From assembly GCA_943704425.1 (NCBI GenBank), contig CALSCP010000012.1, positions 1 to 64,000 on the forward strand: a stretch of 64,000 nucleotides of DNA, written 5' to 3'. The position numbers and the translations under genes were made by a program. The notes under the pieces are model-generated. The model was given only the letters and a program-made list of their open reading frames with translations. It had not been told where the DNA came from and ran no database searches. The stretch's first letter is position 1, and every line of letters begins with the position of its first letter. The DNA is from Ministeria vibrans ATCC 50519. Its lineage: Eukaryota; Protista; Filasterea. Positions 28,501 through 42,972 of this stretch are shown one piece after another.

Positions 28501-31431
28501 GTCAAGTCGATGGTGGCGGCTGCACAACACTTTATGGAGACGTGCAAGTCGGGTCTGAAGGATCCGGGCGACGAGACGCGCCTGAAACGACTTGACGCTG
28601 ACTCGGCGAACTTGGCCAAGACGCTGCGTGACGTGGTCAATAACGTGCGTCAGGTGGCGCCCGGCCAAGAAGAGTGCCAGCGTGCCATGGATCTGGTGAG
28701 TATCTCACAGCATTTGCTGGACAAGGCGAATCTGTCGGCGACGCTGGGCGAGTTGGAGCCACGCGACGAGTCGACGCTCAAGGGCTTTCAGAGCCACCTG
28801 TTGCAGAATACGCAGGGCGTTGCCGAGCTGATTATGCCGTTGGCGTCGGCTGCGCGTGGCGATCCACTCAAGCTTGGCAAGAACGTGTCGGGCCTGTCCA
28901 ACTACCTGCCAAACTTGGTGAACGCGGCAATTGGCGTGGCCTCGCACTACACCGATCCCGACGAGCAGGTGGCGGTGCTTGACCGTGTGCGCACGGTGGT
29001 TGAGTCGGCGGAGAATCTTATTGAGTCGTGCCGCGACGCGGGCGGTAGCACCAAGGCGAGCGAGGCGCACACCATTGTCGATGGGTGTGCGCACGAGATT
29101 CGCGACGCGTGCAACGACCTTATTCACACGCTGGAGAGTGCTGCCGGCAACGCCTCCATTATGGAGCGTGTGGTGGATCAGTTGCAGACGCTGCAGACGC
29201 GTGTGAACGAGGCACCCACACAGGTGAACAAGTCGGTCGACGAGTACAAGCGAGTGATTCAGGACAGCGCACGCAACCTGGCCAAGACGGCGGCGCGTGC
29301 CATTGCCTTTTCGACGACCAATCCGGGCGAGCTGGTGCGTCTTGGGCGCGATTTGGTGGACGATTATGCGATTGTGGTGGAGGGCATGCAGGGACTGGAG
29401 GCGACCACGTCGAACGAGGAGCAGCAGATGAGCGTGCATCAGGCAGTGTTGGGTCTGGGACCGACGTTGATTGCGCTTGCGGGCTCGTGTGCGGGCGTCG
29501 ACGAGATTCGCAACGATGTGTCGCGTCAGAAGCAGCTCAGCGAAGATGCGCGTCTGGTCAACGATCGCGTCGCCAAGGTGTTGCAGGCGGTGCGGGCGGG
29601 CGGACGCGGTCTGGTTGCGTGCGACACGGCTGCTAACATTATTGGACAGGTGTCGCGTGACCTCGAGACGACGGCGATGTTTGCGTCGGCAGGCACGCTG
29701 TCGGCCAACGACAAGGGCTCAGGCGATCACGCGATGCTGATGCGAAGCAAGGAGGATTTGCTACGCGCGTGCAAGGCATTGATGGAGGGCGTGAAGAACA
29801 TGGTGAGCGGTGCGACGAGCTCGCAAGAGCAGCTAAGCGAGTATGCGCAGTCAACGGCACAGACGGGGGTGACGATGGCCAAGGCGGCCAAGGATATGGC
29901 AACAGGCATGGCGACGGACGATCGTCAGGCACAAGAGATGATACTGCACGCTGTGACGGCCGTGACCGCAACGCTGGCAGATCTGTTCTCGGCAACCAAG
30001 AGCGCAAGTGGGAAGCCGCTGAGCGACCCGGCAATGGAGTCGCTCAAGGACACAAGCAAGACGATGGTGGAGCGCATTAGCAATGTGCTCAAGGTTGTGA
30101 AGAGTGTCGACGAGCAAGGGCAGCGGGCATTCCGTGCTCTTGAGGGTGCCATGGAGAGCATTGCAACAGAGATTGCAACGTTGGCGACGCTGGAGCCACC
30201 AAAGCGTCAGACGTCGCCCGAGGATGTGATTCAGGCGACCAAGGCACTGGCGCACGCGACGGTGCGCTGTGTGGCGGCGGTGGGCAAGGCGAAGACAAAG
30301 GAGATTGTGGACGGGTGCCAGGATGTGCGTCGTGCGATGGTTGAGTTGGTGCAGGTGAGCAAGGGAGCGTGCACCGACGTGGACTTTGAGCTACAGAGTG
30401 GTCTGTACTCGACAGTGCGCAATGCGGCGCGCGATACACACTCGTTGCTGGGCGCGGTGTTTTTGGCGCTTGAAGAAGAGAACCCGGCGGCGCGCAGCGA
30501 GTGTCTGAGCCAACTGAACCAGAGCAGTTCGGTGGTGGCAGGCACGGTGAAGACGGTGATTGAGGCGGCGCGCGAGCTCAAGGGCGACGATTGGGTGGAT
30601 CCCAACGACGAGACGGCGGTCGCGGAGAACGAGCTGCTGTCGGCGGCGGGTGCAATTGAGGCGGCGGCGCGCAAACTGGCCGAGCTGAAGCCACGCGAGT
30701 CGGCGCGCGCCGTGGACGAAGATCTGGGCTTTGAAGAGCAGATTGTTGAAGCGGCCACGGCGATTGCGCAGGCAACGTCGGCACTGGTCAAGGCGGCGAA
30801 CCAGGCGCAGAAGGAGATGAACTCGTCGGGCGGGACGTTTAGCAAGAAGAAGTTGACGCGTGCCAACTCGACGTGGTCGGACGGTGTCGCGTCCGCCTCT
30901 CGTGTGGTTGCCACGGCGACGCACAATCTGGTGGAGCAGGCGAATATGTGTGTGACAGGCGAAGGGTCGCAAGATTCGCTTGTGGCGGCGGCGAAGCAGG
31001 TTGCAAGCACGACAGCGCAGCTGGCAGTGGCGTGCCGTGTCAACTCGGACATGAAGAGCAAGACGCAGCAGCGACTCAACCAGGCGGCGCAGATTGTCAA
31101 GAAAGCGACAGATGCGCTGGTCAAGGCCGCCGAGGAGGCGTCTGTCTTTGAGTCGACCGAGAGTGCCTTTAAGGTGAGACTTTTGGAGAGAAAGAGAGAG
31201 AGAGGAAAATGGGCTAAGACTCATTTCTCCGTTTTGTTTAGGTTGATGAGCGATTTGTGGGCTCGATTGCACAGGAGATGAATATTCAGGAGGAGATTCT
31301 GCGCAAAGAGCGTGAGTTGGAAGGGGCACGACGTAAGATCCAATGGGAGGGCGATAACAATGTGATTCTCATGTGTTTGATATATCATAGGCAAACTGGA
31401 GCAGTTGCGGAAGGCAAAGTATCAGGAATAG
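22582..31431 (+). CDS. TLN: Talin, full length (about 2580 aa; F0-F3 FERM head, rod, I/LWEQ domain, dimerisation helix)
   Basis: LHTDDEVNWL; RKKFFFSDQNVDRNDPVQLNLLYVQ; SLKTYGVTFFLVKEK; WAASPNSFTLDFGDY..QTTEGEAISKLIAGYIDIILKK; AENELLSAAGAIEAAARKLAELKPR; FEEQIVEAA; AAAKQVASTTAQL; EEILRKERELEGARRKLEQLRKAKY. Eight exons. Confidence 0.98.
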
Positions 31432-31449
31432 TCAGCGAGACAGACAGAG

Positions 31450-31524
<75 letters not shown>

Positions 31525-31843
31525 GTGAGAGATATATTGCGAGAGAGAAGGAGAGTGAGAGTGAGAACGAGAGAGAGAGACAGACAGACAGACAGATAGA
31601 GAAAGAGAGAGAATACATTTATCACTTTGCATATGTTTATCACCAAACTCGAGGTCCTTCCATTGAGCACTATCTCTTTGGAGGGAGGAATCAAAACCTA
31701 TTTTGAAAATATCATTTTGTGGATGACAATTTATATAAGTACCGGCATCGAAATGAGGATTATTTTGACGATTTGTTTCAATTTGTATTTTTTTTTCAAC
31801 AGTGACGCGAGAAGAAGACAAAACGCACCACCAAAACATATGA

Positions 31844-33076
<1,233 letters not shown>

Positions 33077-33230
33077 CTTGAAGCGTGGGTGCAAATGCCA
33101 ATCGAAAAGAATGATCAAAATTCAAAAGAATATAGATATAAGGGGCGACAAAATCCGAGATCAAATATCAATTCATAGTTCAGTCATCTCTCATCAACAT
33201 ATTTTCTCCCCCTTTGTTAATCTATCTGAT

Positions 33231-33908
33231 ATGAGCATCGACGTGGTTATGAGTGACTCTACGGCATCAACGACGGGAAGCGGCAAGGAAAAGAAATCGC
33301 GAAAGCGACTGCGCAGCTCAGACCTGACGGATTCGGCGACGGCGAGTCCGTCACTCTCGGCAGACGAGTCGAGTGAGACGCGTGAGTCACGCAAGGAAGA
33401 GCGCGCGGCCAAGAAACTCAAAAAGTCGCGGAAATCAGGCGACCTCGTGGAGACGACCGGGACTGCAGCCACGCTACAGGACACGCCGGCGACGGACGCG
33501 TCCCCTTCCAAGGTACATCGGATCGCGCCTGTGCACTTGAGTGTTTGTCGGTGCGCCTGAACACATCCGCTGCCTGCATGAGGCGGCGTGGCGAGTTACT
33601 CAACTCTGCGTGAAAAAAAAAAAGAAAACGTGAAAAAAAAGGCAAATCGTGTTGTGTGCTAACGGTCGTTGTTGCTGTGATTAGGATGCCAAGAAGGACA
33701 AGAAAGAGAAGAAGGACAAGAAGGACAAGAAAGAGAAGAAAGAGAAGAAGGACAAGAAGGTAAAGTCATACGACATAATATTTTTGTGCTGATCCCACTT
33801 TCTATCACTTTGTGTCTCTCACTTTGTCTTTATCACCTTGTCGCTCTCTACCACCTTGCCTCTCTCTATCTCTTTGTCTCTATCACTCTATCACTTTGTT
33901 TCTTTCCC

Positions 33909-34000
<92 letters not shown>

Positions 34001-35897
34001 ATAGTCGGACTCTGGAAGTGAGAGTGGCGTTGATGAGACGCTTGCTTTTAACAAATTCCCTATCAGCTCGGGCACAGTGGCACGTCTTGAGGCGCGCGGC
34101 ATTTCTGCACTCTTCCCGATTCAAGCAAAGACCTTTGACGCCATTTTCGCCGGCAAAGATGTCATTGGCCAGGCGCGCACTGGTTCTGGCAAGACACTTG
34201 CCTTCGCATTGCCTGTCATCGAGAAGCTTCTCTCCAACAAGCAGGTATTTATTTTATAGAGCGAGAGTGGGAGGGGTGACTTCGAATGGCACTCAACACT
34301 GGATTTTTTCTTCTCCTCTCTCACTTAGCGATCACAAGCTCGGGGACGAGGACCGTCGGTGATTGTGATGGCACCGACGCGCGAACTGGCGAAGCAAGTT
34401 GGGGGCGAGTTCGAGCAGTCTGCGGGCAAGGAGCTCGAGACATTCTGCATCTACGGCGGCGTCATGTATGAGCCGCAGGAGAACGCAATGCGACGCGGAG
34501 TGGACGTGCTTGTGGGCACACCGGGCCGCATTGTGGACCACATGAACCGTGGCAACCTCAAAGTGGACAACGTGAAGTACTTTGTGTTGGACGAGGCGGA
34601 CCGCATGCTCGAGACGGGCTTCCAGGAGCAAATGGACGAGGTGCTTGCGGCGCTGCCGCAGGGCGACCAGAAGCCGCAGATTCTGCTGTTCTCGGCGACG
34701 ATGCCGTCGTGGGTGACGTCGGTGGCGACCAAGCGCATGAACAAGGACAAGGTGACGGTGACCATGGTGGGTCAGAATGAACAGCGCACTAGTACCACCA
34801 TCCGCAACCTGGCAATCATGTGCCCGTATCAGGAGCGCGCGTCTGCGCTCGGTGACATTGTGCGCGCCCATGCAGGTCAGCACGGACGCACCATGGTGTT
34901 CGCGTCGACAAAGCGCGAGGCGAACGAGCTTGTGATGAGTGCCGAGGGGGGTCTGGATGCACAGGTGTTGCACGGCGACATCCAGCAGAAGCAGCGCGAG
35001 ATTACTCTCCAGGGCTTCCGCGACGGCACCTTCCGTGTGCTGGTGGCGACCGACGTGGCGGCACGTGGACTCGACATTCCCGAGGTGGACCTGGTCGTGC
35101 AAACGGAGCCTCCGGTCGACGTGGAGAACTACATTCACCGAGCGGGGCGCACGGGGCGCGCGGGCAAGGCCGGCGTGTGCGTGCTCTTCTTCAAGCCGCA
35201 GCAGGAGTACATGCTCAACCTCATTGAGCGTCGTGCCCGCTGCAAGTTTGCCCGCATTGGCCCGCCCCAGCCGGCCGATCTCATTGAGGCGGCGTCGCGC
35301 GACGCCTCCAAGTCGCTCGACAGTGTGCCTGCGTCCATGATGGCGCTGTTCCGGCCCGTTGCCGAGCGCACGATTGACGAGCGCGGAGCTGTCGATGCGC
35401 TTGCGGCGGCCATGGCGCACATTAGCGGCGCCAGCAACATTGCAGAACGGTCGTTGCTGTCGGCGCAACGTGGCTACAGCTCATACCAGATTGAGGTGAC
35501 CGAGCCCATCCGCTCGGCGACATATGTCTGGCGGGTGCTGGAGAACCGCGTCTCGATGGAGGTTAAGGAATCGATTCGGGGCATGCGCATGCTCGCGAAC
35601 TACAAGGGGTGTGCCTTTGACGTGCCCCAGGCGAACAAGGCGACACTCGAGGCAGCCTTTACCGACGCCAAGAACGCAGTGCTCACGCAGCTGACGGAAC
35701 TGCCTGAGCTGGCGGTGGCCGGCGGTGGTGCAGGTGGAGGTGGTGGCGGTGGCGGCGGCGGGTTCGGTCGCCAGGGGTACGGCGGGGGAGGCCGCACGGG
35801 CCAGGGGAGCTACGGCAAGAGCGGTGGCGGTGGTGGTGGTGGTGGAGGCGGATTTGGGGGTGGACGACCGCAGAGGGGGTTCCGAGGCGGACGATGA
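33231..35897 (+). CDS. DDX21: Nucleolar DEAD-box RNA helicase DDX21/DDX50 (GUCT domain, Gly/Arg tail)
   Basis: LFPIQAKTF; [12 protein letters not shown]; PTRELA; LDEADRML; SAT; [10 protein letters not shown]; ERSLLS..FDVP GUCT-like region; K/E-rich N-terminus. Confidence 0.93.
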
Positions 35898-36049
35898 GGA
35901 CATCTCTGTGTGTGCCGTGTGTGTGTGTTGTGTGTGTGTGGCGTGAGATGTTGATCATCGAGAAGTATCTGAATGTAATCGCAACGAACAAGAAAGAGCC
36001 GTTTTTTTATAATTTGAATAGATAAGAATACAATGCAAGTACAAAGTGG

Positions 36050-36493
36050 TTAAGTCTCCTTGGGCTGCGAGGAGAACCAAGGAACAAGGGCGGAGGTGTG
36101 CTGGGCATATCGCTGGTACTCTAAGGGCCTGCGCTGCATCATTCGTCGCTCAAGCAGAGGGACGGAAACGAAGACGAACAGGGCGGAGATGGCCAGAGGG
36201 CCCAAGACGGACGGAAGGGCCAGCGGGGCATCGCTGGCAAGGGCAAACACAAAGACACCCCACCAAAAGAGCACTTCGCCAAAGTAGTTGGGGTGGCGAG
36301 AGTAGCGCCACAGTTGGTCTTGGAGGACCGCTGGATGAGGTTGTGATAGCGAGGGAGAAAGGTAAAGAGATGAGAAAAGAATGGAGATTACGTCTTGATG
36401 ATTGTGGTACCTCCTCTTCGGACTACAAATAATAGGTGATGAGAAACGGAGAGAAAAAAGAGGAGGGAGAAAGAATCAAAGTGATTGAGATAG

Positions 36494-36589
<96 letters not shown>

Positions 36590-37583
36590 TAGAGGAGGAT
36601 GAGCATGGTCGTGCAAGGGTATTTACTTTTGTAGACTAGATACCTTTGCCTTTGCGCGAGAATCTTCTGAGCCGTGCGTCGGCAAGACCTTGGATGGTGG
36701 TGGCCGAGAGGCACACGAGAGTGGCGAGTGCATCGACCCAGTTTAGCTCGGTTGCGTGCCGGGAGGGTGTCAGGATGGCCAAGTAGGCAGGTGCGAGACC
36801 CATGAAGACGAGGAGGGTAGGAAAGAGATGAACGCCGAAGAGGGAGATCTTTGAAAGGAGATAGAAGAGGTTACAAAGGCATACTGTAGCCTACTTTTTC
36901 TCTATCATCCTATCGCTTTGTTTCTTTCTTCTTCCTCCTCCTCCTCTCTATCACTTCGTTCTCTCCCTCTCTATCACGGTGTTCTCTCTGTCTCTATCAC
37001 TTTGTTCTCTCTTTGTTCTCTCTCTATCACTTTGTTCTCTTCCTCCTTTCTCTCTCTCTGCCTTACAAGCCAGTAGAGGTCGTGCCATTCCTCGCGTAGA
37101 TCCACATAGCGCCAATCCTCGTGCCCTACTCCTCGCCAGCGACGCATAAAGTTGACGGTGAGTCGAACTCCCCACACACTGATGACGCAGACAATCAGAA
37201 TCGCTCGCATGGAGAGCACTGGCTGCAAGTAGGTCCACCAGGCAGCAACAATGATGGGAGCGACGGACCAATAGGGATCGTACATCTGAGGGAGAGAGAG
37301 AGAAAGAGAGAGGAGAAAGAAGGACGGACGAACATTCATGTTCATGAGACGATGGACACTCGCGCTCGTTGCTTGGCGTGTTCATGCGGTCGCCTACCGA
37401 TGAATTGTTGTAGTAGACTGAGTAGGAGAAGACGGCAATGGTGGCGGCCATGTCGGCAAGGAGTGAGCTTGTGAAGGGCGACAGCGCCAGAGTGATGCCC
37501 ACGCCGCCGACAAGCACTCCCACCAGCGTGCCGACCACATACGTGTACACCATGGCCCACTGGTCCGATCGGGAGGCCATCAT
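36050..37583 (-). CDS. DUF1295 / steroid 5-alpha-reductase-like membrane protein (paralog 2)
   Basis: NSS|MYDPYWSVAP; WGVRLTVNF..HEDWRYVDLR; LWRYSRHPNYFGEVLFWWG; YQRYAQHTSALVPWF. Confidence 0.9.
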
Positions 37584-37876
37584 GATGAATAAAATATGTG
37601 TGTGACTGTGTGTGTGTTGAAAATCTTTCTACAAGTACTCTTTTACTGTGAAACTGAAGAGAAGAATTGAAAAAAGGTAGATGTAGCAAGATCTGAATTC
37701 TGTAAGAAGAGTAATACACTGCTAATGACTGCTTTGAGTGCTTTCACAACAAACTGTAAAAAGAGAGGGCATCCATATGAAAAAAACGAATGAAAATATT
37801 AAATTGTAAAAAAATCTTCTGAGCATTTTTTTTATACACGCCACACACTTTTGGATTGTGAATTGGATGAGAGAGC

Positions 37877-38765
37877 TCACTTGGCGCCGAGGCCAGGGAA
37901 ATCCTTCTGGTCGTTGATCTTGGGCACGGCCGACGAGTCGCCACGGGCACCACGGGCACCACCACCACCACCGCCAGCGGCACTGCCGCCACGGCCACCG
38001 CCACGGCCGCCACGCGACGCACCACTGCCGCCACGCGCACCCCCGCGGCCGCCGCTGGAGCCTTCGCGTGGTCCCCGACGTTCCTCGCGCTCAGGGTCCG
38101 CCATGCGGAAGTTGAGCAGCGACTTGTCCAGCTGCTGCTTCTTGTGCGCGGCCTGCTGCTTCTTCTTCTGCGACGAAGCCACGGCCGTCGCCTTGTCCTC
38201 CGACATGAGGGCCATGCCCAAGTAGCCTTCAGGCTCCTCCTTGACGTACTGCACGCCCACCCACTTCTTGTTGTCACCCTCGCCGGCCTTGCGGGGCGCC
38301 GGCAGGTCACGCTTGGGAGCGTTCTCCGCCTTACGCTTGCGGTACTCGGCAAGCGTAATCTCCTTGGACTCCTCGACGGCCGGCTCGGCAGCCTCGGTCT
38401 CGGTAGCCTCGGTCGCGTCGGCAGTCCCGGCGTCCGTCTCGTCCGCAGACGCAGACGCTCCGGCCTCGGCCGTCACAGCAGCAGCAGCATCCGATTCGCT
38501 GCCCCAGTTAAACTTGCCAGCGCCTTCACGCTTCTCCTCGGAGCGCACGCTCGACTTGACACGTCGCGAGTGACGGTCAAGATCGTCGCGCGGAGGACGG
38601 CCCTCGCCGCGCGCACCTCCTCGGGCTCCACGGCTGCCGCCACGGCCACCACGTCGGTCGTCGTGGCTGCCGTCATTGCCTTCAAAGTCACGAGTGCGCG
38701 GCGCACGCGAGTCGCCACCGTTGCGAGCACCTCCACGCGAGGCACCACCACGACCTGATAAACGA

Positions 38766-38797
<32 letters not shown>

Positions 38798-39592
38798 GAA
38801 CAGACAGAGAGAAACAATATTGAGTATGGAAAAAAAAAGAGCATAGGAACAGTTATGAAAAAAACGACAGACCATCCACTGTGATGATTGGGCAATAGGA
38901 GTAGTCCCAGTGGTACGCAAGGGAACAAAAGGCCCCGATCAGCGTTGGATGGGGCGTTGGCGCGAGAGAACAAGAACACACACACTCACAAAAAAAAAAA
39001 GGAAAACAAAAAAGACACACGCGAGGAAGACAGTGGCGGATTATGGAGGGGCAGGGCGGGGCAGAGACCAGGGTAAAGGCCTGCGTACGACAAAACAGGT
39101 GTTGAACAGAGCACGGCCGGCGCCGGGCAGCGGCCGTGGGGGCGAGGAGAGGGTGATGAAGCACGGAAAAAAAAAAAAGCAGAACNNNNNNNNNNAAAAA
39201 AAAAAAAACAGAGGAGAGATTGGGAGAGGGAAACGGTGGGGTGGCAGGCGGAGGAGGGGGAGAAGCAGCAAGACGGTCGCGTACCGCGGGCGGCAGACGT
39301 CGCAGGGGCCGGTGCGGGCGCAGGGGCGGCGGCCTTCTTCTTGTCGGCCAGCGCCGCCTTCTTCTTGGCCGCCTCGGCGTCTGCCTTCTTCTTCTCAGCG
39401 GCCTTTCGCGCGATCTGGACAGCAATCTACACGCGACGCTTCGTCAGCCACACAAACTTCATTTTCTCTCTTCTCTTCTCTTTTTTTCTTTTTTTTTTCT
39501 TTTTCTTCTCTCTTTTTCCTTACTTCCGGATCGTCGATCTCTTCGTCGTCGTTCAGAAGAGCGAAAGGATTTGCCGCCTTGACGTCGGCCAT
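37877..39592 (-). CDS. SERBP1: SERBP1/HABP4/Stm1-family RGG RNA- and ribosome-binding protein
   Basis: NPFALL N-terminus; DRHS..EKREGAGKFNWGS; KEITLAEY; RGG boxes; C-terminal DFPGLG. Confidence 0.9.
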
Positions 39593-39718
39593 GATTGATT
39601 CTTCGCAGGTAAGGGTCTCTGTGGGGAGGGGACTAAAAGTGATTAGTGATTAGTAGTGACTTTTTTGTTGATCAAGCTCTATTCACGTCACATTCAAGTC
39701 TGAAATTAACTCACAAGA

Positions 39719-41301
39719 ATGTTTTTATTCCTCGTCTTAGCATTGTGCGTAGGAACACAGGGTACCACATCAGGCCCTTCCTTCAAGTTTGGAGCGAAGC
39801 GCGCCGTGAATCCAGCGTTGTTTGGCTTCAACGATGTTCTTGGCCCGATCATTGTATGGGATCTTTCTTTCCTCTCTCTCCTCTCTCATCGCTGCGCTCC
39901 TCTTCCCCCCAGCATGTGAATTATAACGACACACGGCTTGTTGACTCTGTCCGCGCCCTCCGCGTCGGTCTCCTGCGCTATCCGGGCGGTACAGTTGCAA
40001 ACTATTGGGATGTGCGCCAAGGCAACTACGTCGCCGACTGTGGCCCCGCCAAGGCCGCCTGCTGCGCCCAGCGCCCCGTCATCGCCGCGTCGTTCCCGCA
40101 CCAGTTTACGCCTGCGCAGTGGCTTGCCTCGAATGGAGTGGGCACGGCGACGTGGGCGCGACAGCCCATCTGGGACTTGAACCTGCTGACGATGAATGCC
40201 AGCGAGTCCATTGCGCAGCTGCACACCATCATCGAGCAGGTCGGTGTGGACGCCGTCCGTCGCGTCGAGATGGGCAACGAGTTTTACCTGAACAACAACT
40301 ACGGCTGGCGCTTCCCCGACGCGGCGGCGTATGCCAAGGCGGTTGAGCCTGTGGCCAAAGCAACGCGCTCCGCCACGCCCGACGCCCGCATTGCCCTTGT
40401 GTTCTCCATGGGCGCCCTCGACCAAGCGGACTGCCCGAAACTCGACAACTGGAGTGCGCAGGTGAAGTCGCACGCCAACAGGTCGCTCTACGACGCCATC
40501 ACCATCCATGACTACACGCTATCATCGACCTTTGCCGACGGATACGGACCGACACTCAACTCGTCGGTGGTCGCGCTCTATCCCTACCTGTCGACACTGC
40601 ACATTTCAAATAACGTACACAAGCACGTTGCGGGAGCAAGCGTCTGGCTTGACGAGTACAACTACGGTCTGAAGCACCGTCCAAGCAACAGCGACGGCGG
40701 ACTGCACGGCATTTTCATGATGGGACGCATCTTGGGCGCCATCAACGCACCGCACAACAACATCGAGACGACCAACTTACATGCGTATGCGAGCATGGTC
40801 GGCGTTGGCTGGGACCGCAGTACGGGTGTCGTACTCATTCCCACCAATAACACGGCAACGGATGCGTACGCCTGCAATGGCATTGCGCAGATCTTTGCGC
40901 ATGTCGCGCACACGGCCCTCGAACTCAGCGATGTCATGCAGCCCATCGAAGTGGTCGATTCACCCACGCTGCCTGCATCCGTCTCCATTCTCGGCGAGCA
41001 CAATATCTCGTGTGTGTACGGCGCAAGTTTCTCCGCCAACGACTTTCCGGGCCAGTCGCTCGTCATCGTCAATGCATGTCCCACGCCCGTCACCGTCGCC
41101 CAGGTGGTTCCCTCCGCCTCCGCCCTTCACACTGTCTCGTACCTTGCCAGTGATCCCGGTGGCTTTGCCTCCGTTCCTGCGTACGACGCTCCCTTCCCCT
41201 GGCTCACGGGGCCCCTCCACCCAGCGCAGTCGACCCTCAAGGGTGACGATCCCGTCACCTTTCCCGCACAGTCTCTTACCATCGTCACAGTTGGTTTCTA
41301 A
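39719..41301 (+). CDS. Secreted clan GH-A glycoside hydrolase (GH51/GH79/GH44-like)
   Basis: Signal peptide MFLFLVLALCVG; VNPALFGFN; LLRYPGGTVANYWD; EMGNEFY (acid/base); ITIHDY; VWLDEYN (nucleophile); C-terminal beta-sandwich ending FPAQSLTIV. One intron (39854-39912). Confidence 0.8.
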
Positions 41302-41424
41302 ACATCCGTCGTTTGTTTGTTTCTTTGTTTGTTTGTTTATTTTTGGGTTAATATAATAATAATAAAAATTTATACTTTAGTAAAAACAACAATGATTTTT
41401 TCTTCCTAAGTAACAGGCAATCCG

Positions 41425-42870
<1,446 letters not shown>

Positions 42871-42972
42871 TCTTGTTCCAAGAAAAAAAAATTCTAATCG
42901 AAAATTCAAAATCGTTAGTCGCTCTTCACAGTAACTACATCAATATTCATGTTTTTGACAGTTAACAAGGAC

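Noticed and set aside
26761-31329. Many long antisense ORFs over talin (likewise over DDX21 and WDR62)
   Set aside because: Expected from GC-rich codon bias; no independent motifs.
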